Below, piece by piece: positions 44,625 through 53,985 of a stretch of 64,000 nucleotides of DNA. Within the stretch, counting starts at the first letter, position 1, and each line of letters starts with the position of its first letter. The stretch is from Candidatus Eremiobacteria bacterium (lineage in GTDB: Bacteria > Vulcanimicrobiota > Vulcanimicrobiia > Vulcanimicrobiales > Vulcanimicrobiaceae), in assembly GCA_963758295.1 (NCBI GenBank), contig CAVWUU010000004.1, positions 1,056,001 through 1,120,000 on the forward strand, in the 5' to 3' direction. The position numbers and the translations under genes are program-made. The notes beneath the pieces are model-generated. The model did no database searches, had not been told where the DNA came from, and was given only the letters and a program-made list of their open reading frames with translations.

Positions 44625-44654
44625 ATGATATGCGAACGTATGTTCGTATGTCAA
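44625..44654 (-). promoter_or_regulatory. Sigma70 promoter with a LexA (SOS) box in the spacer
   Basis: TTGACA (44654-44649), 18 bp, TATCAT (44630-44625); CGAACGTATGTTCG at 44633-44646. Confidence 0.85.
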
Positions 44655-45820
44655 GCCGGGCGGGATTCGCGCTTGTGCCCCGCCGGCTCGGGCTGCAAGA
44701 GGCTCCAGTACAATTCCAGCATTCGGTCCGATTGATCGTCGATTGCGAACCGTCCGGCGGCAATTTTGGCGCGTCGCTGCGCCGCTTCGTCGGGTTCATG
44801 CGGAATCGCACGTAAGGCCGCAGCAAAAGCCTCCGGCGTCGGTACCACGACGCTCCCCACGTCTCTGAGGACGTCGCGGTTCGGGGCGCAGTCCGCGGCA
44901 ATGACGTACGCGCCGGCGGCGAGCGCTTCGGCCTGAACGAGCCCCTGGGTTTCGGTCGTGCTCGGAAAAACGAAGGCGTCGGCGCTTGCATAGAGATTCG
45001 GCAACTGTTCCCGCTGCACGACGCCGAGGAATCGCGTTTGCCGGGCAACACCTATTTGTTGCGCCAGTTCCTGTAACTCTTCACGCTGCGGACCGTCGCC
45101 CGCAATGATGAGGCACAACGAAGGGTCTCCCGCTTTCGCCAGAGCTTGTAGAAGCATTTCGACGTTCTTCTCGCGCGCGAGTCGCGAAACGAAAAGAATC
45201 AATCGTTGATCGTCGCGCACACCGAGCGCCTTGCGCAGCTTTTTATCGCGTTTCCCGTTTCCGAAATGGCCCACGTCGATTCCGCTTGGCATGATCTCGA
45301 GGCGCACTTCCACGCCGATCTCGCGTAAATGATTCGCCATTGCTTGCGTCGGCACGACAACCGCATCAACGAGGTTGCCGAACGTCCGGGTTAATTGAGA
45401 AGCAGCGAATCGCGTTGCATTTGGTTCGAAGGGTACGTAATGCGCGTACATTTCGAGATGCGTATGATACGTATACACGACCGGCATTCCGAAACGGCGC
45501 GCGTAACGCAATCCGAGCCATCCCGTAACGAACGGCGAATGCACATGAATCAGCGACAAGCGCTTCACGATGTTGTTGATGTTTTTGCGGCTTACGAGCG
45601 GCAACGTCAGCCGGTACGGCGTGCGCGTCGGCAACGGAAGCGAAGGCATCCGCAACACCGGACCATCGTTCTCGTCCGCGCCCGGCATGCTGGGGGCGAA
45701 GCAATAGACTTCATGGCCGCGCGTGCGCAAACCGGCGGCGAGCGCATCGACGGCTTCGACGACGCCGTTGACTGCCGGCCGATAAATTTCGGTGAAGAAC
45801 CCGACTCGCAGGTGGTCCAC
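44651..45820 (-). CDS. Glycosyltransferase family 4
   Basis: FFTEIYRPAVNGV, HVHSPF, VSRLAREKNV, FPSTTETQGLV.EA. Confidence 0.9.
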   Translation of the reverse strand: MDHLRVGFFTEIYRPAVNGVVEAVDALAAGLRTRGHEVYCFAPSMPGADENDGPVLRMPSLPLPTRTPYRLTLPLVSRKNINNIVKRLSLIHVHSPFVTGWLGLRYARRFGMPVVYTYHTHLEMYAHYVPFEPNATRFAASQLTRTFGNLVDAVVVPTQAMANHLREIGVEVRLEIMPSGIDVGHFGNGKRDKKLRKALGVRDDQRLILFVSRLAREKNVEMLLQALAKAGDPSLCLIIAGDGPQREELQELAQQIGVARQTRFLGVVQREQLPNLYASADAFVFPSTTETQGLVQAEALAAGAYVIAADCAPNRDVLRDVGSVVVPTPEAFAAALRAIPHEPDEAAQRRAKIAAGRFAIDDQSDRMLELYWSLLQPEPAGHKRESRPA

Positions 45821-46179
45821 AGGCGGGCTCTTTAGGCGTTAGGTTAGGTCGGCCTGCGACTTGGGAAAACCGTTGTCTATATCCGGGAATCCCGGCCCAA
45901 CACGGCAGGGGACCCCTGCCTCAATTGTGACTTTCAGCATATCCCGGCGTTTCGACGCCCATGATATAGTGCCCGAGTTACCAACGGTCGCTCGCCCTAA
46001 GAGCGGCCAGCAGGCGATCACCCGTCCCACTTGAGGACAAGCCTGCGATCGTTTTGGCGTTTCCACTGGATCCGTCAACCACTACCTCCGTAACTGTTGG
46101 TTCAGCTTACCGGTCATCGTTCGCCCTGCGGGTTTGGCGCGGGCCTTGATGGGAGCTGGGACAGGAAAGGACTACCAGG

Positions 46180-47232
46180 TTGATAGGACGCGGCCCCCTT
46201 CGGATCAGCCACTTGCTGTCCGTAAGCGTCTTGACCGCCGGTCTAGTCTTAGCCGGCTTTATAACCCACCCGTCGCCCGCGTATGCGGGGAGCGGAGACC
46301 TCCCACAACAACAGACGGTGACACACGTCGTCACGTTCGACTCGCAAGGGACCGTTACGCAACACGTGACGGGCGCCGCTACGGTAGGCGATTTTTTGCG
46401 CGAACGCGGCATCGTGGTCGGTGACCGCGATTATGTCGCGCCCGCACCGGACGTTCCGCTTTCGGACAAACTGACGGTAACGTATCGTCCCGCCGTTCAC
46501 GTAAAAATTGCGCTCGCACACTCCGTTGAGGATGTCGTTAGCAACGCCGAAGATGTCGGCGCATTACTCGAAGAACAAAACATTCGCATCGGTCCACACG
46601 ATCAAGTCGAGCCTTCGCTCGCTGACGAAGTACCTTCCAACGGCACGGTTCGCGTAACGCGGATCGTCACGTGGAATCGCACCGAAAAGCGCGCGATCGA
46701 TGCAGCAACCGAACACCGTCTCGATTTTTCGCTTTCCCCTGGGACGACGAAGGTCGTTTCCAAAGGTGCGGTGGGCGAACGCGACGTGATGGTTCGATTC
46801 ACGCAGCGCGACGACGGCGCAGTACAGAAATCCGTCGTTTCCGCACACGTTGTGAAACGACCGCGCCCGCGCATTATCGCTGAAGGTGTCGGCGAGTACG
46901 CAGCGTTTGCACGCTTCGCGAAACACGGTATTCAACAGACGGCTTATATTGCGGCGTCGGCTCTTGATATGATCGCGACCGCATATACGGCAAACTGTTC
47001 CGGCTGCAGTGGAGTCACCGCAATCGGACGTCCCGCGGGACACGGAATCGTCGCCGTCGATCCGAGCCTCATACCGCTTGGCACGAGACTCTATATTCCA
47101 GGCTACGGCTTGGCGATCGCCGGCGATACCGGCGGTGCAATTCACGGACACCGCATCGATTTGGGATTCAATTCAGCGCACGACGCGCTCATGTTCGGAC
47201 GTCGCGAGGTAGTCGTCTACCGCTTGAAGTAG
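46180..47232 (+). CDS. YabE/RpfB-like cell-wall protein (DUF348-like, G5 and 3D domains)
   Basis: TVGDFLRERGI repeats, G5-like region, ATAY...VAVDPSLIPLGT...AGDTGGAIHGHRIDL; precedes rsmA. Confidence 0.9.
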   Translation: MIGRGPLRISHLLSVSVLTAGLVLAGFITHPSPAYAGSGDLPQQQTVTHVVTFDSQGTVTQHVTGAATVGDFLRERGIVVGDRDYVAPAPDVPLSDKLTVTYRPAVHVKIALAHSVEDVVSNAEDVGALLEEQNIRIGPHDQVEPSLADEVPSNGTVRVTRIVTWNRTEKRAIDAATEHRLDFSLSPGTTKVVSKGAVGERDVMVRFTQRDDGAVQKSVVSAHVVKRPRPRIIAEGVGEYAAFARFAKHGIQQTAYIAASALDMIATAYTANCSGCSGVTAIGRPAGHGIVAVDPSLIPLGTRLYIPGYGLAIAGDTGGAIHGHRIDLGFNSAHDALMFGRREVVVYRLK

Positions 47233-47243
47233 CTGTCCTCGTC

Positions 47244-48083
47244 GTGACGCCCGAAGAACCGAAAGAACACCCACGCGCGCTCCTGCAAACGTGGGGTTTG
47301 CGCCCCAAGAAGAGATACGGCCAAAACTTTCTCATGGACGCAGGAGCCGCGCATCGGATCGCGCGACTTTCGCTTAACGGTGCGTCCGCCAATGCGCGCG
47401 TCATAGAGATTGGCGCGGGCACCGGTGCGCTCACGCTCGCGCTGCTCGAAGAGGGCGCCGACGTTACCGCCGTCGAGATCGACCCGGAGCTCGTCGCGCT
47501 TTTACGCGACCGTCCGGACTTGCACGCCGCACATATCGTTCAAGACGACGCACTCGCCTTCGATTTCGCCGCCTTTTCCGCAATCGGTGAATGGCGCGTC
47601 GCCGGGAATCTGCCGTACAACATCGCGACGCCGCTCATCGTCGGATTATGCGAAATGAACCGGCAGCCTGAAACGATTACGGTCATGATACAAAAAGACG
47701 TCGCCGACCGGCTCGCGGCCCGTCCGGGCACGCCCGCATACGGAAGCCTTTCGATCGCCGTGCAATATGCAATGACGGTCGAAAAAGCGTTCACGCTTGG
47801 CCCGCGCGCGTTCTTTCCGCCGCCAAAAGTGGATTCGACCGTCATTCAATTAACGCGCCGTCCCGAGCCGGCCGTGCTGCCCAAAGACGTCGAACTTTTT
47901 CGCAAAGTGGTGCGCGCCTCATTTGCGTATAGAAGAAAAACCCTGGCAAACAGCCTGATGCTGGCGCTCGGATACGATCGCGAGGGCATTGGACGCGCGC
48001 TCGAGCGGGCCGGTCTTGCGGCACAGGTTCGCGGGGAGCAACTCTCCATGGCGGATTTCGCCCGCTTGGCCGATACCTTGTAA
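47244..48083 (+). CDS. rsmA: 16S rRNA dimethyladenosine transferase
   Basis: KKRYGQNFL, IEIGAGTG, GNLPYNI, QKDVADR, PPPKVDS. Confidence 0.96.
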   Translation: MTPEEPKEHPRALLQTWGLRPKKRYGQNFLMDAGAAHRIARLSLNGASANARVIEIGAGTGALTLALLEEGADVTAVEIDPELVALLRDRPDLHAAHIVQDDALAFDFAAFSAIGEWRVAGNLPYNIATPLIVGLCEMNRQPETITVMIQKDVADRLAARPGTPAYGSLSIAVQYAMTVEKAFTLGPRAFFPPPKVDSTVIQLTRRPEPAVLPKDVELFRKVVRASFAYRRKTLANSLMLALGYDREGIGRALERAGLAAQVRGEQLSMADFARLADTL

Positions 48084-48084
48084 G

Positions 48085-49752
48085 ATGTACTCCGACGCGC
48101 AAGCGGACATGTTTCTGTCGCTCCCGTATCCCGCCTGGGTTTACGATGCGGACACCCTTCGCTATCTCGCCGTCAACGAAGCCGCGATCGCGCTTTATGG
48201 ATACACGCGCGAACAATTCGTGCGCATGACTCTAAAGGATATCCGGCCGCCCGAAGATATTCCGTCCCTGCTGGCAACCGTGCAGAGCTTAGAGAATGAG
48301 CCCTCGTTCGACGGCCCGTGGCGCCACATAACGGCGTCGCGCGAAACGATTTTCGTAGAGACGCTCTCTTCGAGCGTCACCTTCGAAGGCCGTCATGCCC
48401 GAGTCGTGCTGCTTATCGATGTAACGCAACGCGTCCATGGCGAGCGGCGGCTGGAGTACCTGGCGCTGCACGACGGCCTCACGGGATTACCGAACCGCCT
48501 GTCGCTCACAGAAACGCTGGCTGCGATGGTTGCCACGAAACCGCACAGCATCGGCGTCTTCTTTCTCGAGTTTTCAGGGCTCAGCACGATCAACGAAACA
48601 TTGGGCCACGTGATTGGCGATGAAGTGCTGCGTCGCGCGGCGCACCGTTTGCAAGAAGCCTCTGAAGACGGGCACGTTATCGGACGCTGGGGCGATCATG
48701 AGTTTGTGATGTTCGCCCAAAACGTCGAAGACGACGATCTGCACCGCCTTTCTTCCCATCTGTTGCGCGCGTTCAAGCGGCCTTTCAATTTTCACGGGCG
48801 CACATTACACGTATCGCCGAGCATCGGCATCAGCGGATACCCGCTCGATTCCGAAAACGCCGATCAGCTAATCCGTCGGGCGAAGACGGCGATGTACGCG
48901 GCGGTTTCGCTCCAAACGGGGTGCGAGCTTTTCACGCCGGAGATGGAGCACGCGGTCGAAAGACGGCTGCAAGTCGAAAACGATTTGCGAGCAGCGCTGG
49001 AGACTAACGCCTTTGTCTTACATGTACAACCGATTTTCAACGCCCGCCTAGACCGCATTATCGCGGCCGAAGCGCTCTTGCGCTGGAAACATCCGAAATA
49101 CGGCGATCTTTTTCCGGGCGACTTTGTCGACGTGGCGGAGGAGACGGGTCTGATCGTCCCGATCGGCACGTTCGTCATTAAGGAAGCGTGCCGCATGGCG
49201 CGCGCATGGAAAGATCGCGGCATCAATGTGCCGATTGCGGTAAATATTTCAGGCCGCCAGCTCTATGACGACACGCTTCTTTCCGACATCAGCACGGCGC
49301 TGTTGCGCAACGCGCTGCCGCCGGAATATCTGGAAATCGAAATCACCGAAAGCAGCGTCGTCACGGATATGGAGTATGCGCTCGATATCATCCTCGAGTT
49401 ACGCGAGATCGGAGTGCGAGTGGCGATCGACGACTTCGGAACCGGATACAACTCCATGGTGCACTTGAAGCGCCTGCCGGTTCACACGCTGAAGATCGAC
49501 CGAACGTTCATCAAGGAAATGCTCGAGAATCAATTTGATTACGCAATGGTCGAGGCGATGATCGGACTTGGGCGGCGCTTGGGACTGCACATTGTTGCCG
49601 AAGGCATAGAAAACGCCGCACAAGCGAGCGCGGCCGTTCAATTGGGGGCGACTGCAATGCAAGGGTACCTGATGGCGCGGCCGATGCCCTCCGATGCGTT
49701 TGTCAGCTTCTACGGTAGCGACTGGAAGGTTAGCGCCCGCACGCTCTCGTAG
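48085..49752 (+). CDS. PAS-GGDEF(degenerate)-EAL c-di-GMP phosphodiesterase
   Basis: HDGLTGLPNR, RWGDHEF in place of GGDEF, intact AEALLR, EITE, DDFGTGY and VAEGIE. Confidence 0.9.
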   Translation: MYSDAQADMFLSLPYPAWVYDADTLRYLAVNEAAIALYGYTREQFVRMTLKDIRPPEDIPSLLATVQSLENEPSFDGPWRHITASRETIFVETLSSSVTFEGRHARVVLLIDVTQRVHGERRLEYLALHDGLTGLPNRLSLTETLAAMVATKPHSIGVFFLEFSGLSTINETLGHVIGDEVLRRAAHRLQEASEDGHVIGRWGDHEFVMFAQNVEDDDLHRLSSHLLRAFKRPFNFHGRTLHVSPSIGISGYPLDSENADQLIRRAKTAMYAAVSLQTGCELFTPEMEHAVERRLQVENDLRAALETNAFVLHVQPIFNARLDRIIAAEALLRWKHPKYGDLFPGDFVDVAEETGLIVPIGTFVIKEACRMARAWKDRGINVPIAVNISGRQLYDDTLLSDISTALLRNALPPEYLEIEITESSVVTDMEYALDIILELREIGVRVAIDDFGTGYNSMVHLKRLPVHTLKIDRTFIKEMLENQFDYAMVEAMIGLGRRLGLHIVAEGIENAAQASAAVQLGATAMQGYLMARPMPSDAFVSFYGSDWKVSARTLS

Positions 49753-49760
49753 GCGGCACC

Positions 49761-50525
49761 ATGGTAGCCGAAGACGTCGTCGAAGAGCCGGTAAGCGCAT
49801 GGCCTGACCGGTGGCCCCGCGATAGCTTCCGGGCCGGCCCCACAGCGCTCTTGATTTTTGCCATCGTCGGCGCGACAGCTATTATCCTCATAGCGGCCGC
49901 CGTTTGGTTCGTGCTTTCGAATCCCGCGGCAGCGCGCAAGGGCGCGCTGGATCTGTCCACGGGCATGGCTATCCAGCTGGTTCTGGAGGCGATAATCGTC
50001 GCCATGATTCTCTGGGCGCTCCCTCGCGTGTCGGGCATGTCGTTAAGAAGTCTCGGCTTCCGGGCGCTGCAGCCCAAACAACTCGCGTTTGCAGCCGTTG
50101 CTGCGCTCGTGATGGCGCTGGTCGTCAACGGCGGCGCTTCGCTGATCGAAACGCTGACACATCACCAGCACGAGCAGCAGGTCGTGCAGATGTTCAAAGC
50201 CGTGAAAAACCCCGGCGTCATGGTGTTTTTTGCCATTTTCGCCGTTCTTCTGGCGCCGATCGCGGAGGAAATCGTCTTCCGCGTTTTTCTCTTCAACATC
50301 GGCCTGCGCTACGGCGGCTTTTGGCTTGGCGCAATCATCAGCGCGGTGCTGTTCGGCTTCGCGCACGGCGACGTGTTCGTGGTCGCACCGCTGGCGCTCG
50401 GCGGCCTTGTTCTCTGTTACGTCTACTATCGCACGCGTAACGCGTACGCATCGATGATCACGCACGGGCTGTTCAACTCGTTCACGGTGATCGCGTTGAT
50501 TTTTGCGCCGAATCTAGCGAAGTAG
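49761..50525 (+). CDS. CPBP/Abi family intramembrane metalloprotease
   Basis: EEIVFR, FGFAH, HGLFN. Confidence 0.88.
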   Translation: MVAEDVVEEPVSAWPDRWPRDSFRAGPTALLIFAIVGATAIILIAAAVWFVLSNPAAARKGALDLSTGMAIQLVLEAIIVAMILWALPRVSGMSLRSLGFRALQPKQLAFAAVAALVMALVVNGGASLIETLTHHQHEQQVVQMFKAVKNPGVMVFFAIFAVLLAPIAEEIVFRVFLFNIGLRYGGFWLGAIISAVLFGFAHGDVFVVAPLALGGLVLCYVYYRTRNAYASMITHGLFNSFTVIALIFAPNLAK

Positions 50526-51605
50526 TTTCAGCGCTTCCAACGCGTCCGGAGCTGAGGGAACTTCGCGCGGAAACGGAATGACCCGCGCGCGAAATTCCGC
50601 GGGTTTCGTGAGCGTTGCTTTGCGGCGATCCAGCTTTTTCGCATATACAGACGGTCCCGCAAGATGAATGGAGCCCTCGCGTGGTTCATCGTACCAGTCC
50701 GGGAAGTGCGCGAGCCAAATCCCGACGATCGGGCGTCCGCCCATGGCGAGCGCCGCGTGCAATGGTCCCGACGCGACGCCGATGAAGGCGGCGCTTGCCC
50801 GAAGCAAGCTTAACAGTACGTGGGCGAACGGCACGTCCAAATCGCCGAAGAGATCCTGCGTCGTCGGCGCCAATCCGCGCTCGCGTCCAATGCTCTCGGA
50901 CCGGCGCTCGTCGATGGTCACCACGCGCATCAGTGGATCGTGCGTGCGCAACAAACGCGCAAAGCGTTGTACTTCTTCTTCCGGCCAAATCTTCTTGAGG
51001 TTCGTGTGGCCGCCGGCCGCAACCACCACGAGCCGTTCGTTTCTTCCAACGCACTCACGAAGGCGTTCCTCGATTCGAGCTGCGCTTTGCGCCGGCGCGG
51101 TGAAACGCAGCGAAGACGGCAGCGGGGCGCGCAAATCGAACGAAGCCAGCCGCTCGGGTGTAACGAGATCGCGAGCGAGCGCACGTGCCTTGGTGTGAAA
51201 CGGAAACGCCAGTTGGCCCTCGTACTCGGGATAATCAGTGTAAAGCACCGCATCGATGCCTACCGCTTCCATTCGGCTGCGAAGCGGTTCGGGCACGTTA
51301 AGCCGCATCTCGCGATTGCGGATCTTCTTAAAGTTGACGCCAAGATGACGTGCATCGCGGGAGCTGCCGTCGTCTACGGCGCGCTGACCGCTGTAAAGCG
51401 GGTTGACGATAGCATCTTCGTCGTACAAGTGCACGAAGTCGTCGCCGAAGCGCGTAAGGTAATACGTGTTGCTCGGCTCGAGCAGCGGCGCGACATAGCT
51501 CAAATGCACGAAGTCGCCCAGGCCGTGCGGCCAATAGATGAGAACACGTCGGTCTCGCAAACGCGCGAACGCGCCGCCGCGTTCGTCGTAAACCGGCAGC
51601 TCCAT
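50514..51605 (-). CDS. Glycosyltransferase family 9-like protein
   Basis: HGLGDFV, KIWPEE, FIGVASGPLHAALA (GT-B heptosyltransferase-like pattern). Confidence 0.7.
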   Translation of the reverse strand: MELPVYDERGGAFARLRDRRVLIYWPHGLGDFVHLSYVAPLLEPSNTYYLTRFGDDFVHLYDEDAIVNPLYSGQRAVDDGSSRDARHLGVNFKKIRNREMRLNVPEPLRSRMEAVGIDAVLYTDYPEYEGQLAFPFHTKARALARDLVTPERLASFDLRAPLPSSLRFTAPAQSAARIEERLRECVGRNERLVVVAAGGHTNLKKIWPEEEVQRFARLLRTHDPLMRVVTIDERRSESIGRERGLAPTTQDLFGDLDVPFAHVLLSLLRASAAFIGVASGPLHAALAMGGRPIVGIWLAHFPDWYDEPREGSIHLAGPSVYAKKLDRRKATLTKPAEFRARVIPFPREVPSAPDALEALKLLR

Positions 51606-52687
51606 CAGCGTTTTTCCGAAGCCACCCGTTCGACGATGGCGCGGAATCGCTCGATGAAGCGTTCGGGCGAAAACGTTTCGGCATGCGCCCGCAAAAGAGA
51701 CGGTTGGAAGCGCGCATCGTCGAACGAACGTAGAACCCCTGCGAGCGATTGCGGAGTCGCTTCATCGAAAAACGAGCCTGTAAGGCCCTCGATCACCGTT
51801 TCGCGCGCGCCGCCGCCGCGGTACGCAATGGTCGGTCGTCCCGCAGCCGCCGCTTCGATCGGAACGAGTCCCAGATCTTCTTCACCAGGTAGAATCGCCG
51901 CGCGTGCGTCACCGATCAGCCGGTTCACCTCTTCATCCGAAACATACCCGAGCATCGTCGTCGTACTGCCCCTAGCGCGTTCCCGAAGGGCGCGTTCGGC
52001 GGGACCGGTCCCTGCAACGAACAATTTCACGCCGGCGAGCTGCGCCGCGTCGATCGCCAGATCGATGCGCTTGTACGGCAGCAGACGCGACGCAATGAAA
52101 AAGTAGTCACCGGAGCCGCGTCCGACGGTAAAGCGGCCAACGTCTGCGGGTGAATGCAAGACTTCGGAAGGCCGATGGTAATAGTCGCGCACGCGTTCGG
52201 CCACGGTGTGCGAGTTCGCCACGTAATGCGTAGGCCGTTGCGCCGCCTCCAGGTCCCACGCGGCGAGCCGGTTTACAACGGGCCGCGCAATCGCGGCCAC
52301 GCCGAACCCGCCCAGATACCGGTCGTAGTCGAAGAGAAAGCGGCTGACCGTGTGAATGAAGCACACATGCACCGCATCGGCGTTAAAACGGACGCCTTTC
52401 GCCCACGACGCCGTCGAACTGACGATGACGTCGTACTGTGAAAGATCGAACGCTTCAAAGGCGCGCGGATAAAAGGGAGCAAGATAACGGAAGCGGCGGT
52501 TTGCGCCGGGCACCTTCGCGAGCGCCGACGTGCGAACGCGCGAGCGCGGCACGAGATCGCCGACGGCGGCTTCGTCATAAAGCGCGGTATAGACCGGTGC
52601 CTCCGGCCACGCGCGTGTAAAATGCGCGAAGACGCGTTCTGCGCCTCCGCGTTGATTCAAGTAATCGTGGACTAGTGCGACTCTCAG
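51605..52687 (-). CDS. Glycosyltransferase family 4 (WbaZ-like)
   Basis: RVALVHDYLNQRGGAERV, SRLLPYKRIDL, EEDLGLVPIEA; start codon unclear. Confidence 0.88.
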   Translation of the reverse strand: MRVALVHDYLNQRGGAERVFAHFTRAWPEAPVYTALYDEAAVGDLVPRSRVRTSALAKVPGANRRFRYLAPFYPRAFEAFDLSQYDVIVSSTASWAKGVRFNADAVHVCFIHTVSRFLFDYDRYLGGFGVAAIARPVVNRLAAWDLEAAQRPTHYVANSHTVAERVRDYYHRPSEVLHSPADVGRFTVGRGSGDYFFIASRLLPYKRIDLAIDAAQLAGVKLFVAGTGPAERALRERARGSTTTMLGYVSDEEVNRLIGDARAAILPGEEDLGLVPIEAAAAGRPTIAYRGGGARETVIEGLTGSFFDEATPQSLAGVLRSFDDARFQPSLLRAHAETFSPERFIERFRAIVERVASEKR

Positions 52688-53985
52688 GGACTCTGCTGCT
52701 TGTCGCGCGGCAATACAAGAGCGATCGCGGGATTGCCCATGTACGTGCGTGCGACGCGTTGCAGATCCGCTGCCGTCGTGCCTTGGATCGCCTGAAGCGT
52801 ACGGTTCAAGTAGTCGGGCGACGATCCGTTCTGCGCAAAGAGTACCGCAAGCCACGCACGCGACTGCAACGACGTCGCATCGTTCACGAAATCACCGGCG
52901 GCCATCGCCTTGAACTCGTCGATCGACCCTTGCAACTTCGTGGCCGCGAGGATGCTCGCGATCGAAAGCGCCGTCGCAAAGGCGCGATTCGGATTGCCGA
53001 TGTTTCCATCAACGTAGAGCGTCAGATTCGCCGGCGCGCGATCGTACTGGTAAAGCGCACCGACGGCGCGCGAGGCAAACGTCGGGGAAACGACGCCCGG
53101 TACTTCGGCAATGTCGGCGAGCGTGCGCTGCAAAAATGCGCTGAGCACGAGCATCGGCCCGAAGTCTTTGCTGTCGATCGGCGGAGCGGAGTACTGAGCA
53201 ACGAGCCACGGCGCTTGAATGTCACGGTGGGCGATCAACTCACGCGTCGTGCCTTCAAGTTTCGGCAGCTTGATGTTGACGGCCGGCGTGTCGCCCGCGG
53301 GAAGCGCTTGCGCGAGGCTCTGGATGGCGTTGGGCGCCAGTACGTCCGAGCGTCCGACCGCACTTACGTAAGCGCCGCCCTGATGGTAATACTTATTGAA
53401 GAACGCGCGCACGTCTTCGGGACCGAACTGCGCAAGCGACGCAGGCATGCCAAGTGGCGGCAACCCGACGTTAGCCGACGGCGCCGACATGCCGCTGAGC
53501 ATATCGAGACCTACTTGCAACGCCTCTTGTTGATTGGCCGCAATCTGCTTCATCAGCGCTCCGCGCGCCGCATTTACCGTAGACGGGTTGATCGCCGGCG
53601 ATGCAAAGGCACGTTGAACGAGCGCCATGACCGCGGGCGCATCGGTCGGTAATGACTCGATGGCGAATCGAACTCCGCTCGGGTCGACGCCCGGCTTAAT
53701 GGATCCGCCGTGCGCGGCAATAGCGTCTTCCAACGGCGTACCGTCGACCGGCGTACGAAGGATCGTCTGCGCGGTCAATGCTGCCAAGCCGTTTTGTTGC
53801 AGCGTCTGGCGATCCAAACCGGCGCGTACGAGGAATTCGATATGCAGCAACGGTGCAGATGAATCTTGCTGCTCGATGATCGTAACGCCGCCGGCGCGTT
53901 GGATAACGGGAGCGGCCGCCTGCGCGGCAACCGGCATGGCGAGGAACGCGATCAACGCGGCGGCCGTGAGCGAGCGCAACTTCAA
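52684..53985 (-). CDS. Secreted M16 peptidase-like protein without HxxEH
   Basis: Signal peptide; VRAGLDRQ..QNGLAALTAQTI, VRAFFNKYY, LQRVARTY. Confidence 0.78.
   Translation of the reverse strand: MKLRSLTAAALIAFLAMPVAAQAAAPVIQRAGGVTIIEQQDSSAPLLHIEFLVRAGLDRQTLQQNGLAALTAQTILRTPVDGTPLEDAIAAHGGSIKPGVDPSGVRFAIESLPTDAPAVMALVQRAFASPAINPSTVNAARGALMKQIAANQQEALQVGLDMLSGMSAPSANVGLPPLGMPASLAQFGPEDVRAFFNKYYHQGGAYVSAVGRSDVLAPNAIQSLAQALPAGDTPAVNIKLPKLEGTTRELIAHRDIQAPWLVAQYSAPPIDSKDFGPMLVLSAFLQRTLADIAEVPGVVSPTFASRAVGALYQYDRAPANLTLYVDGNIGNPNRAFATALSIASILAATKLQGSIDEFKAMAAGDFVNDATSLQSRAWLAVLFAQNGSSPDYLNRTLQAIQGTTAADLQRVARTYMGNPAIALVLPRDKQQSP

Noticed and set aside
45826..46180. Known riboswitch (c-di-AMP ydaO, glmS, c-di-GMP, cobalamin)
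   Set aside because: I could not find the consensus nucleotides of these families by eye; kept only as an unnamed candidate.
48085..49752. Active diguanylate cyclase
   Set aside because: The signature reads GDHEF; degenerate GGDEF-EAL hybrids are common.
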